Below are positions 9,163-17,873 of a stretch of 64,000 bases of DNA, in pieces (position 1 is the stretch's first letter; each line of letters begins with the position of its first letter). The DNA lies in NCBI GenBank assembly GCA_022844165.1, contig JALHMH010000001.1, positions 64,001 to 128,000 of the forward strand, read 5' to 3'. A program made the position numbers and the translations under genes. The DNA comes from Lysobacterales bacterium (lineage in GTDB: Bacteria; Pseudomonadota; Gammaproteobacteria; Xanthomonadales; SZUA-5). Under the pieces are notes generated by a model. It worked only from the letters and a program-made list of their open reading frames with translations, ran no database searches and was not told the DNA's origin.

Positions 9163-9803
9163 CCAACCACACTGCGCCCGCCATCAATGGCGCCACGCCC
9201 TCCGTGCATTGCGTCTTTTACACTCACCCGTGGGCCATCGATGCGCTGCGGGTTGCCAAACTTGGCGAACTGGATCGGACGCTGCTCATCGAACTGGCGC
9301 GGCGCTCGCAACTGGCGAGCTTGATCAACACCCAACAACAGCTGCGGTCTGGCGTGAGCGGCATCCTGCGCGATCCCGGTGAACTCGACGGGCTGATCGT
9401 CACGACACCGCGGTTCCTGGTACCCGTGATCCTTGCGCCCAATCCTTGCGTGCCGGATGCAACACAAGCCTCGGCGATCGCTCTTTTGCCATCCGTGAAG
9501 TCGAGCTTCAATCGCTTCATCGTGTTTGTACATCTGTCAGAGGCAATGAACTTCCGCTACGCGTATCCGTATTGCGATCGTTTTTCGTTTCTCTGGGACG
9601 TCGCAGACCCTCCGATGTTCAAAATGGGCGATATCGGCGCGATGCTGCGCGATCTGGGTGTGCTCAGGCGCGAATCCTGGGGAGGATTTTACTTGTTCAA
9701 TCATCCACGGCGGCATGTGAGCAATCTGGACAGCCGGCTGAGCGAATTGCGAAAGGTGATGGGGCAGGCGAAAAAGCCCAGCGCTCTCGCCGCAACAGCC
9801 TAA
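9159..9803 (+). CDS. Hypothetical protein
   Basis: 214 aa ORF coupled to the kinase by an ATGA overlap. No family recognised. Confidence 0.6.
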   Translation: MTNHTAPAINGATPSVHCVFYTHPWAIDALRVAKLGELDRTLLIELARRSQLASLINTQQQLRSGVSGILRDPGELDGLIVTTPRFLVPVILAPNPCVPDATQASAIALLPSVKSSFNRFIVFVHLSEAMNFRYAYPYCDRFSFLWDVADPPMFKMGDIGAMLRDLGVLRRESWGGFYLFNHPRRHVSNLDSRLSELRKVMGQAKKPSALAATA

Positions 9804-9814
9804 GGCCCGCGAGC

Positions 9815-10300
9815 ATGTGGGACTTAAAACACGGCTTGGGAATTTCCGCACTTCCGACCCGGTCGTCGCTCAGGCTGTTTAAGACCCTGGGATTCACCGA
9901 TCTGGTCAACGTCTCCGGCAGCGCAACGGAAAACTTGTACCTGGCAGCCGATCTCGATGGTTTGGCCTTCAGCGACTATCCATTTGCCGATGTACTCTCG
10001 ACCGCTGGCGCGGTTACGGAAATCGTTGAGAAGCTTGGTCCGGCCGGGCTGTTGGAGTTTAAGAAGGCTGCAACTCAAACCGCCAGCTGTCTGCAGCAGC
10101 AGCGTCGCGTCATCGTGTTTTGCCACCTCGGCGTTGGGCGTTCACCGGCCGTCTCGACGATTGCTTTGATGCTCGGGCGGGGCTATTCGTTAGACGAAGC
10201 TGTTGATGTGATCGTGAAGTTGCGACCCGAGGCGGTTCTTAGCGACCCGGTCGTTGCATTTGTCCAACGGATGCATGCGGAACTCGTGAGTGCCGCATGA
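9815..10300 (+). CDS. Dual-specificity/tyrosine protein phosphatase (CX5R)
   Basis: VIVFCHLGVGRS active-site loop followed by LM..GYSLDEAV..IVKLRP. ATG at 9815 chosen just after the upstream stop. Confidence 0.88.
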   Translation: MWDLKHGLGISALPTRSSLRLFKTLGFTDLVNVSGSATENLYLAADLDGLAFSDYPFADVLSTAGAVTEIVEKLGPAGLLEFKKAATQTASCLQQQRRVIVFCHLGVGRSPAVSTIALMLGRGYSLDEAVDVIVKLRPEAVLSDPVVAFVQRMHAELVSAA

Positions 10301-10980
10301 CGCTCAATAGCGTACTTGAGCGCAGTACGGAGCTGGCCGTCGCTGCCGGCTTCAGGCGAAAGCCGCTCGATCCCGAACTGGCGCAGGCGGAAAAGCCTCT
10401 GCCCAGCGGCAACCTCAGCTGTAACGCGCAAAGCTGGGAGGCCGATGCCGCTGAGCTGCGCGTGGTGTCGATCGAATCGCCCAAGATCCAGGTGATTTCC
10501 TGTTTCGTCTATCCGCATTCGGCCATTGCGTTGCCGCTTTATGCCATGGAGTTGGTACAGCTCGGCGCAAAGCCCATCGTTGCGGTCATCGATGCGGTAG
10601 CGCCAGCGCACGACCCTGCGCAGGCCATCGCACAAAACTGGCTGGAGCAAGCGCATTGTGTGTATGCCGACCTCAAGAATGCCGACGATCCTCCACCGTG
10701 GTTTCAAGCGTGTCGCAGCGGTCTGGACTTTTTCATCCGCCCTGGTGACCAGACGGAATTGCGACGCGTCGGTTCCTTGCACGTCGAGCTGCTGGGGCGG
10801 TACTTGCACGCGATCCCCGATGCCTCGCAGAGGACGGTTGCCGCTGCCCACCGCTACGAAGAATTTTCGCGCCACTACAAAGATCATCATGCCGCGAATT
10901 CGCCGGGTTTACCGTTGATGCAGAAGTCCTTCGGCCCGCAGTGGACGGAGCGTTTCATGCAGCAGTGTTTCTTTCTTTAG
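10297..10980 (+). CDS. Ferredoxin-dependent bilin reductase family protein (PcyA/Peb/RCCR-like, divergent)
   Basis: IQVISCFVYP...LPLYAMELV...AVID, PPWF...S..FFIRP and C-terminal PG..LMQKSFGPQWTERFMQQCFF match the FDBR pattern (..FGxEWxxxYxxxxLF). Confidence 0.82.
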   Translation: MTLNSVLERSTELAVAAGFRRKPLDPELAQAEKPLPSGNLSCNAQSWEADAAELRVVSIESPKIQVISCFVYPHSAIALPLYAMELVQLGAKPIVAVIDAVAPAHDPAQAIAQNWLEQAHCVYADLKNADDPPPWFQACRSGLDFFIRPGDQTELRRVGSLHVELLGRYLHAIPDASQRTVAAAHRYEEFSRHYKDHHAANSPGLPLMQKSFGPQWTERFMQQCFFL

Positions 10981-10990
10981 AGCTAGTCCA

Positions 10991-12163
10991 ATGCATCGTT
11001 ATCGATATCTGATCATCGGCGGCGGGATGGCCGCAGATTCGGCGCTCAAGGGCATTCGCATGTCCGACCCCACGGCTCAAGTGGGGCTGGTGTCCGAAGA
11101 ACTGGACAAACCCTATAACCGCCCGCCGCTGTCGAAAAAGCTCTGGGATGGACTTCCATTGGAGGAAATCTGGCGCCCGAATCGCGGCTCCCAAGTCAAC
11201 TTGCATCTGGGCCGGCGTATCGTCGCGCTCGTCCCCTTGCGCAAGCAGGCGCGCGATCAGACCGGCGAGATCTACGCCTTTGAACAAGCACTGCTGGCCA
11301 TCGGCGGCAGCCCAAAGCGCATCTCAGGCGATGACGAATCCGTCATGTATTTCCGCACACTCGCCGATTACCGACGCCTGCGCGCGTTGTCGCGCGAGGC
11401 CGAACCGATCACGCTGGTTGGCGCCGGGCTGATCGGCACCGAACTTGCCGCGTGTCTGCGCAAGGCGGGTTCTTCGGTCGATCTTTATTGTGGAAAACGT
11501 GGTCTTGTTCGGTCGATTCTGCCCGAAGTCTTGTCTAATGAACTGGCGCGAAGCCTTGATGGGCATGGCGTTCGGCTGCACTTCTTGAGCGTCTCGAACA
11601 TCCAGAAGGCAAACGGCACCCAACAACTCAAGCTGAGCGACGGAAAAATGGTGACGGCCAAACGCGTCGTCGCCGGTCTGGGCCTGGTCGCGAACACGCA
11701 ACTGGCCAAAGATGCCGGCATCGTGTGTTCCAATGGCATCGACGTAGATGCCTCGCTCAGAACGTCGATACCTGGCATATATGCCGCCGGCGATTGCGTG
11801 AACTTCTGGTGCTCAACCCTGGGTCGGCGACTGAGTTCGCAGCATGAAGAACACGCCAATTTTTCGGGTATCGCTGCCGGTCGCGCGATGGCTGGAAAGA
11901 CGGTCGACTACTCGCCGTTGCCGTACTTTTACTCACGCGTTTTCGATCATGCATACGAGGGGATTGGCTGGGTCGATACGTCGCTCAAACACCATGTCGT
12001 GGCACCGCGAGGACCGATGGAGGCTACGGTTTATTATCTGCACGACAACCGCGTCGTCGGCGTGTTGTATTGGAATACGCGGGCCGATCTGGAGCGGGCC
12101 ACCGAGCTTATCGAGGCCAAACGTCCGTGCACGCCAGCCGAGCTGGTCGGTCAGATCCAGTGA
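10991..12163 (+). CDS. FAD-dependent NAD(P)H:ferredoxin reductase-like oxidoreductase
   Basis: IIGGGMAA, PYNRPPLSK, LVGAGLIGTE, TSIPGIYAAGD and PYFYS motifs. Confidence 0.9.
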   Translation: MHRYRYLIIGGGMAADSALKGIRMSDPTAQVGLVSEELDKPYNRPPLSKKLWDGLPLEEIWRPNRGSQVNLHLGRRIVALVPLRKQARDQTGEIYAFEQALLAIGGSPKRISGDDESVMYFRTLADYRRLRALSREAEPITLVGAGLIGTELAACLRKAGSSVDLYCGKRGLVRSILPEVLSNELARSLDGHGVRLHFLSVSNIQKANGTQQLKLSDGKMVTAKRVVAGLGLVANTQLAKDAGIVCSNGIDVDASLRTSIPGIYAAGDCVNFWCSTLGRRLSSQHEEHANFSGIAAGRAMAGKTVDYSPLPYFYSRVFDHAYEGIGWVDTSLKHHVVAPRGPMEATVYYLHDNRVVGVLYWNTRADLERATELIEAKRPCTPAELVGQIQ

Positions 12164-12208
12164 GGCGAAGTTCGACCATGCCGGTCGACCTGCGCCACCG
12201 CTCTGATA

Positions 12209-15200
12209 TCAGGCATGGGCAAACTGCCTTTCTTTTCCTTGTTGGCCAGCCAATTCTGCAAAGTGCGTCATCAACCCGCGGAGTCTCACTGCCTTCAATG
12301 GTTTGTACAGCAGGTGGTGCCCGTGCTTCTTGCAGCGTTCCCGCAGAGCGTCGCTGTGATCGGCCGTAATTAAAGCGCTACCGATTAAGGAACTGCCGAG
12401 CCGCAGTTGCAAAGTCCTGAGCAGTTCGATACCCAACTCATGGGGACCCAGCTGCTGATCGACCAACAGCACATCGGGCACGAATGTGGCAATCGTTGCC
12501 AGAGCCGCAGCGCCATCTTCGGCAGTCTCTACGTCTACGCCCCAACCACTCAACAACGCGCGCATCGATCGTAAAATGTCTGGATCGTCGTCGACGCAAA
12601 GTACCTTCATCGGCGTCGGCAAGCCATCGGCACTGGCAGCTGCCATCTCGTGGCCTGGCGATGCTTCTGTTTCTCGCCACTCGCCCAGCAAAGGCACAGC
12701 AACTCGAAAACAGGAGCCACGGCCCGGCTTCGACACGACAGTCAACGAATGGCCCAGCAGGCGGCATATCCGTTCGCAAATCGCCAAACCCAGACCGCTG
12801 CCGCGGTCGCCCCAGGGCGATCGCTGGTTCACACGGGAAAACTCTTCGAAGACCTTCGATTGGTGTATGGCATCAATGCCGATACCGGTGTCCCACACCT
12901 CGATCAGCAGCTCGCCGCGGCGTTTGCGTGTGCCCACGAGCACCCCGCCTTCAGCAGTGTATCGGAGCGCATTCGCCATCAGGTTCTGCACCACGCGACG
13001 CAATAGTCGGCGGTCGCTTTGCACCAGCCATTTACAGGGCGGAACCCGCAACTGAAGTTGCCGGGATGTCGCCAATGAGGACATTTGCGCGGCCAGGATC
13101 TCGAGCTGGGGATAGAGCGCAAAAGGCTCAATTTCGGTCACTAAAGCGCCAGAATCGAGTTTGGTCACTTCGACCAGCACATCGATGATCTCTTCTGCCG
13201 CGATCAGCGCCAGATCAATACGTTGGGCGGCTTCCCGCACATTGCTGCCAATCGCGGGCAGTTCGCTGAGCGCCGAGGCATAGATGCGTGCAGCGTTCAG
13301 CGGCTGCAACAAGTCGTGACTGGCTGCGGCAAAAAAGGTCGCCTTTCGATCCAGCGTGGCTTGCGCAGCGGGTTTGGAGATGGGCGCGGCAGCCATGCCA
13401 AGTTGGGCGGTATCCAAAATGGTCTTCACCAGATCCAAGGTGTGCCGCGTGGTTTGGCAGACAACGTCCAACGCCTCTCGCACTCGCGGCGTTTGCGCGA
13501 GTTTCAGCGCCATTTCGGTCTGGCCCAACATGATCGTCAGTGGCTCGTGCAATTCGCGACCTACCTGACCCAGCACTGTCGATTTCGCCTGCACAAGCGC
13601 TACAGATTCGCTCAGCGAATCTTCGAGCACACGGTTTTTCTGCTCCAGCCCTGCCCGAATTCGGCGCCGTTCGCTGATGTCGGTCAACACCGAGATCCAA
13701 TGCGTTCGCCTACCGAGTGCATCTTCGACCGAGGAAACGCGCACGTCCGCCCAGAACGTGCTGCCATCCTTGCGGTACAACAAAATTTCATCCTCGAACT
13801 TATCGCCGCTGGCGAGTTTTTCGCGAATATTGTCCATTGCGCCGGCACCGGATTCTGGGCCGAACAGAAAAGTGGGTACGGTGCCAATGACCTCGGCCAC
13901 ACGATAACCCGTCACGCGCTCGAAAGCCTCGCTCGCCATCAAGATGCGCCGTCCGACGCCCGGCGTGGGTTCGGCTTCACTGATCAGGATCATCACGTTG
14001 CTGTTTGCTGTGCTGCGATGCAGGAACTCAAGTTCGATGCGGGTTCGCTGCTCGCGACGGCCCTGAATCAGACTGCGCAGCGATTCCGCGAAACTCAGTT
14101 CATCGCTGGACCACGGATCGGCGGCAAGGCCGGCATCTCGGAAACGCGCGTTGCTCGCGAGCCGAAACCAAAGCAACCTGCTGTCCAGAGGGTCGCCCAC
14201 GTCTGCCAAAAGCAGTCCCGCAAAATCTGCCCCACCGCGTTCGGCTGTTGCGGGCCATCGCAGTGGCCTTGTGCCGGGCTGCGTTGCTGCGGGCAATCGA
14301 CCGATGACGCGCCGCAATTCGTTCTCTTGTGGGCATAGACCGATACACACACAACGCTTTTGGCTTAGCAGTGCAAAACCGTCTGCCTGCAGTGCGCTCA
14401 GCAACAGTTCGGCTTTGCCGTCCGCCGTCAAGTTCTCCAGGTCGCCGTCGTCGGTACATTTGGCAAACGCCTCCAGCGCGGCCTCGCGTTCGCCATTCCT
14501 TTTGCGGGCAACGCTGATCTGATATTGATCAATTCGATGGGCCACCTCCTTGCACATGCGCCAGAAAGCCAGGCGGGCCGGGCCGCTCAGCAATTTGGGC
14601 CGACGCAATTGCTGGCATTCGATGACGCCCCACAAAGTGCCGCGTACGACCAGCGAGCCGGTCGACAGCGCTGTGATACCCGTGCGCCGCAGTTGTTCCA
14701 ACGACGGGTCGACGCGCAAGCTGGACCCGCTGAGGTCGCCCGCGCCGAGTGTTGCGCCACGCAGCAGCGGCGATGCGGAGCAACTGAGATCGGCAAAATG
14801 CTCGATACCTGACTTGCGCAAGCGGTCCCTGAACTGCTTGCTGTATATCGATGCCGTGTCGCTCGAGTCCGGGATCGACTCAATCTTCGAGTGGCGCGCC
14901 TGCGCAATCACCGAGGCATCGCCGTGCACATCGAACCGACGCAACAGTACACGGTCGAAACACAGGGACTTTCGGATGACCTTGACAGCCTTCATCAAGA
15001 AAGCGTCCTGCTGATCGGACTGCGCCGATTCGGTGATAGACTCAAGCCCGGAAAAGAGGCGCTGCAACGATTGCGCAGAAGCCCGTCGACAGCGCTCCAG
15101 ATCCAGTATCGCCATGCCTGCCCGGACATGCAGCCAGCCGTAACAGGATCGGCCAGATTCGCGCAGAGTCAACACCAGATACGAATCCGGCGGCGCACGC

Positions 15201-15394
15201 CGACGCGAAACCGCGGCTTCGAGTCGGCGCCAGCTCCGCGGCGTGAAGAGCTGAGTCGCGGGCTGGCCGATCAGCGCCGCGCCGTCGTAGCCGAGTATTT
15301 CGGCTGTGGAGGTACTCGCTGCCTGAATGCGCAAGCTCTCGATATCGAGCACAAGCACCGCACCGTGCGGCTGAATTGCGTGAGCTGCGGGCAT
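12209..15394 (-). CDS. Bacteriophytochrome-like hybrid histidine kinase (PAS-GAF-PHY-like, PAS, HisKA, HATPase, REC)
   Basis: IQPHG, FDRVLL..F, LWGVIEC, LLWFR; PAS with YRKDGSTFW; SHDLLQPL H-box; NALRYT, DTGIGI, GLGLAI; receiver VDDD..D..KP. Confidence 0.88.
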   Translation of the reverse strand: MPAAHAIQPHGAVLVLDIESLRIQAASTSTAEILGYDGAALIGQPATQLFTPRSWRRLEAAVSRRRAPPDSYLVLTLRESGRSCYGWLHVRAGMAILDLERCRRASAQSLQRLFSGLESITESAQSDQQDAFLMKAVKVIRKSLCFDRVLLRRFDVHGDASVIAQARHSKIESIPDSSDTASIYSKQFRDRLRKSGIEHFADLSCSASPLLRGATLGAGDLSGSSLRVDPSLEQLRRTGITALSTGSLVVRGTLWGVIECQQLRRPKLLSGPARLAFWRMCKEVAHRIDQYQISVARKRNGEREAALEAFAKCTDDGDLENLTADGKAELLLSALQADGFALLSQKRCVCIGLCPQENELRRVIGRLPAATQPGTRPLRWPATAERGGADFAGLLLADVGDPLDSRLLWFRLASNARFRDAGLAADPWSSDELSFAESLRSLIQGRREQRTRIELEFLHRSTANSNVMILISEAEPTPGVGRRILMASEAFERVTGYRVAEVIGTVPTFLFGPESGAGAMDNIREKLASGDKFEDEILLYRKDGSTFWADVRVSSVEDALGRRTHWISVLTDISERRRIRAGLEQKNRVLEDSLSESVALVQAKSTVLGQVGRELHEPLTIMLGQTEMALKLAQTPRVREALDVVCQTTRHTLDLVKTILDTAQLGMAAAPISKPAAQATLDRKATFFAAASHDLLQPLNAARIYASALSELPAIGSNVREAAQRIDLALIAAEEIIDVLVEVTKLDSGALVTEIEPFALYPQLEILAAQMSSLATSRQLQLRVPPCKWLVQSDRRLLRRVVQNLMANALRYTAEGGVLVGTRKRRGELLIEVWDTGIGIDAIHQSKVFEEFSRVNQRSPWGDRGSGLGLAICERICRLLGHSLTVVSKPGRGSCFRVAVPLLGEWRETEASPGHEMAAASADGLPTPMKVLCVDDDPDILRSMRALLSGWGVDVETAEDGAAALATIATFVPDVLLVDQQLGPHELGIELLRTLQLRLGSSLIGSALITADHSDALRERCKKHGHHLLYKPLKAVRLRGLMTHFAELAGQQGKERQFAHA

Positions 15395-15425
15395 TTTTTA
15401 CATCCGAAGGATGAGGTTACGAAGA

Positions 15426-16127
15426 CTAACCGTCGCCAATCGACTGAGTGGCATCGAAGGTTTGCATCATCAACGCAACCTGCGTGCGATTGCGCGCGTC
15501 CAGTTTTTGCATGATCGACTTCATGTGCACCTTGACCGTCGCTTCGGTGATCTGAAGTTGTGCTGCGATCTGTTTATTCAACATCCCGGTTGCCAACATG
15601 CTGGCAATACGGAACTGTTGTGCGCTGAGCGCTCCAATCTGGCGTGCCGCCGACTGCTCTTTCGAGCTCAATTGTGGTACGAACCCCAACTCGCTCAGTG
15701 AAGCAGGAATGTAGCGCGAACCGGACAGCACCTGGCCGAGCGCCTTGGAAATTTCCCGCAACGGTGCGGATTTGGGAATGAAGCCCGCTGCGCCCAGCTG
15801 CAGAGCCCGGCGGATCGTCAGTGGCTCTTCCTGCGCCGAGATGACGGCAACGCTCAGGCCAGGCGACTTCGCGCGCACGTGGATCAGGCCCGACAAACCA
15901 TGCGAGCCGGGCATGTTCAAGTCGAGCAAAACCAGATCGACGTTTTGATCGCGATTGAGCAGATCCTGAAGGCAATCCAGCGTATCGGCCTCCAACACGG
16001 ACGCCGACGGGAAGTTGGCGCCTACACAAGAAACCATCGCGTGCCGGAACATCGGATGGTCGTCCGCAACGATAATCGTCCCGACTGCCTTGATGTCGAT
16101 CAGGTGGGGACTGAACAAACTAGACAT
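15426..16127 (-). CDS. NarL/LuxR family response regulator
   Basis: IVADDHPMFR, LLDLNMPG, GAAGFIPK and a LuxR HTH (NKQIA..L.ITEATVKVH). Start set at ATG 16127, which overlaps the heme oxygenase end. Confidence 0.93.
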   Translation of the reverse strand: MSSLFSPHLIDIKAVGTIIVADDHPMFRHAMVSCVGANFPSASVLEADTLDCLQDLLNRDQNVDLVLLDLNMPGSHGLSGLIHVRAKSPGLSVAVISAQEEPLTIRRALQLGAAGFIPKSAPLREISKALGQVLSGSRYIPASLSELGFVPQLSSKEQSAARQIGALSAQQFRIASMLATGMLNKQIAAQLQITEATVKVHMKSIMQKLDARNRTQVALMMQTFDATQSIGDG

Positions 16128-16848
16128 GCACGTGCTGCGCTGCGTGCGCAAATGGGCAGCCCAACGATCCTTGGCGTGCCGGGCGTGGCGCAGGCATGGC
16201 GACTTCGCCAAGCCATGCGCTCAGCGAGCCGAAGACGAAGCGCGCAACGTCGATCATGCGATTCTCATCGAGGTCGGTTGTGTTTTCGATCTGTTGAATG
16301 GTGCGTCTCCATACCTGCCCGTGCGCGCCGTCATAACAATCGAAGTATGTCACCGCGTTAGCGACAGTCTGACCCAGATGTTCGTTGAGCGCGCGGCGAA
16401 TCACTTGTCCGCCCAAGGTGGCGCCTTCGAACACATACACCACGCCGGCGCGCGTCGACTCATCGTGGCAATCCAGTTCGTCGAATACTGGCGAACTGGT
16501 ACTCCGGGGGAAGTCGCGCATACCGACGGCGGCGAGATCGGATTCAAGCTTCGGTGTGCGCTGGCAGGCGAGGTTGAAGACGGCATGTTGTGCCTGCGCC
16601 ATACGCAACTCCAGGGGTCCCACATAACCCAGCAGCCGCAGCAGCAACAGCCGATACTCATTCAGGCTGTAATCTGGCTCTAGCAGCCGGCGCATGCAGG
16701 GCACGGCCTCGATCATGTCGTGGGCCTGGCGTGTGTTTAGTCGCAAGCGCTGAATGCGCGATGTGGAGCGATCGCCATGCAGATCGCCCGATTCGCCGGA
16801 TAGCGACGCGGCTGGCAAAGTCGTTAGCAACACAGCTTTGGATCCCAT
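16120..16848 (-). CDS. bphO: Biliverdin-producing heme oxygenase
   Basis: LRLNTRQAH (proximal His) and YVFEGATLGGQVI distal helix. Co-oriented with a phytochrome-like kinase. Confidence 0.9.
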   Translation of the reverse strand: MGSKAVLLTTLPAASLSGESGDLHGDRSTSRIQRLRLNTRQAHDMIEAVPCMRRLLEPDYSLNEYRLLLLRLLGYVGPLELRMAQAQHAVFNLACQRTPKLESDLAAVGMRDFPRSTSSPVFDELDCHDESTRAGVVYVFEGATLGGQVIRRALNEHLGQTVANAVTYFDCYDGAHGQVWRRTIQQIENTTDLDENRMIDVARFVFGSLSAWLGEVAMPAPRPARQGSLGCPFAHAAQHVHV

Positions 16849-17057
16849 CGGCCTTGTTGGTCGACATAGTGGTGAAATGTGTGCTCACAGTCCCTACCAC
16901 TTTGGTTTTATTGCACGCAAGCCCCCTGCTGACCATGCTTAGGCGGCGTCCAGGGTTTCGAGTCGGACTTGGGTGCCGCTAGTGCAAGATGCGCCGTCTG
17001 GCGGGCAAGAGCGCTCTTACAACTCGGTTTGTTGCAACTAAATTTCGGAGATTCGCC
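16849..17057. promoter_or_regulatory. Divergent intergenic control region between bphO and gvpA
   Basis: Head-to-head genes. Contains the nested inverted repeat AGTGGT..TGTGTGCTCACA..ACCACT (~16868-16901), the perfect palindrome AAGAGCGCTCTT (17007-17018) and a GGAG RBS before gvpA. Confidence 0.55.
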
Positions 17058-17276
17058 ATGGCACAAGTTCAGAAATCGACCGACTCTTCAAGTCTGGCCG
17101 AAGTTGTTGATCGCATCCTCGACAAAGGTATCGTGATCGATGCGTTCGTCAAGGTTTCGTTGGTGGGTATTGAATTGCTCGCGATCGAAGCGCGCGTGGT
17201 GATCGCCTCGGTCGAAACGTACTTGAAGTACGCCGAAGCGATCGGCCTGACCGCCAGCGCCGCGCAACCGGCGTAA
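17058..17276 (+). CDS. gvpA: Major gas vesicle structural protein GvpA
   Basis: [55 protein letters not shown] is canonical. Confidence 0.99.
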   Translation: MAQVQKSTDSSSLAEVVDRILDKGIVIDAFVKVSLVGIELLAIEARVVIASVETYLKYAEAIGLTASAAQPA

Positions 17277-17286
17277 CAGGGTACCC

Positions 17287-17326
17287 GTTCGCCGGAGGTC
17301 CGCCTCCGGTGAACTTCTTTTCCTTT
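17287..17326 (+). terminator. Stem-loop with U-rich tail after gvpA
   Basis: GTTCGCCGGAGG-TCCG-CCTCCGGTGAAC followed by TTCTTTTCCTTT. Confidence 0.7.
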
Positions 17327-17348
17327 CAACTGCGCAGGCGGCAAGACA

Positions 17349-17873
17349 ATGGACCAGCAGTTTCCTGGAGATATCGCGCCGCTGATGCGCGCATGCGCCG
17401 ATCTGGCGCGACGACGTGCCGACGATCTGGCGCGTGTCCGGACATCGGTAAGCCAGCTCAAGAACAATCTCGCGCGCACGCTGGTGCAGTTCGACCATGC
17501 GCGCAATGAGAGCGCGGCGCGAATTCAGGCGCTCCGCGCGCAGACGACGCAGTCGCTTGCCGATAACCGTCGTGAACGCAGCCAACAGCTTGCCGACTTC
17601 CGCGCGCGACTGGCAAAAGACCATGCTCGTACCACGGAGCAAACGCGCCAGGCCCTGGGCAGTTTTCGCGACGCGCTGCAAGCGGCGGTGAGTGACATCA
17701 AGAAACAAACTCAGGTTGCAAAGCGTGCGCGGTTCAAGACCGGTTCGTTCCGTCATGCGGCGGCACCGGCCAAGCCACCGAGCCGTCCGACATCTGTCGC
17801 AGACACGGCACCCATCGCGCGCAAGCGCAACCGGTCCGGCGCGAACGACTCGCGTAGTTTCCTCGACCTATGA
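17349..17873 (+). CDS. GvpC-like helical gas vesicle protein
   Basis: Lies between gvpA and gvpN. Amphipathic R/A/Q-rich helices with recurring L..F and a basic tail. Confidence 0.55.
   Translation: MDQQFPGDIAPLMRACADLARRRADDLARVRTSVSQLKNNLARTLVQFDHARNESAARIQALRAQTTQSLADNRRERSQQLADFRARLAKDHARTTEQTRQALGSFRDALQAAVSDIKKQTQVAKRARFKTGSFRHAAAPAKPPSRPTSVADTAPIARKRNRSGANDSRSFLDL

Noticed and set aside
3-12163. Interpretation as a true phycobilisome or photosynthesis locus, or as cyanobacterial contamination
   Set aside because: No canonical CxRD alpha/beta subunits, linkers, lyases or photosystem genes were seen. Composition looks similar to the flanking gammaproteobacterial genes.
16870-16890. CRP/Clp binding site upstream of bphO
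   Set aside because: The TGTG and TCACA half-sites lack the 6-bp spacer needed for TGTGA-N6-TCACA.
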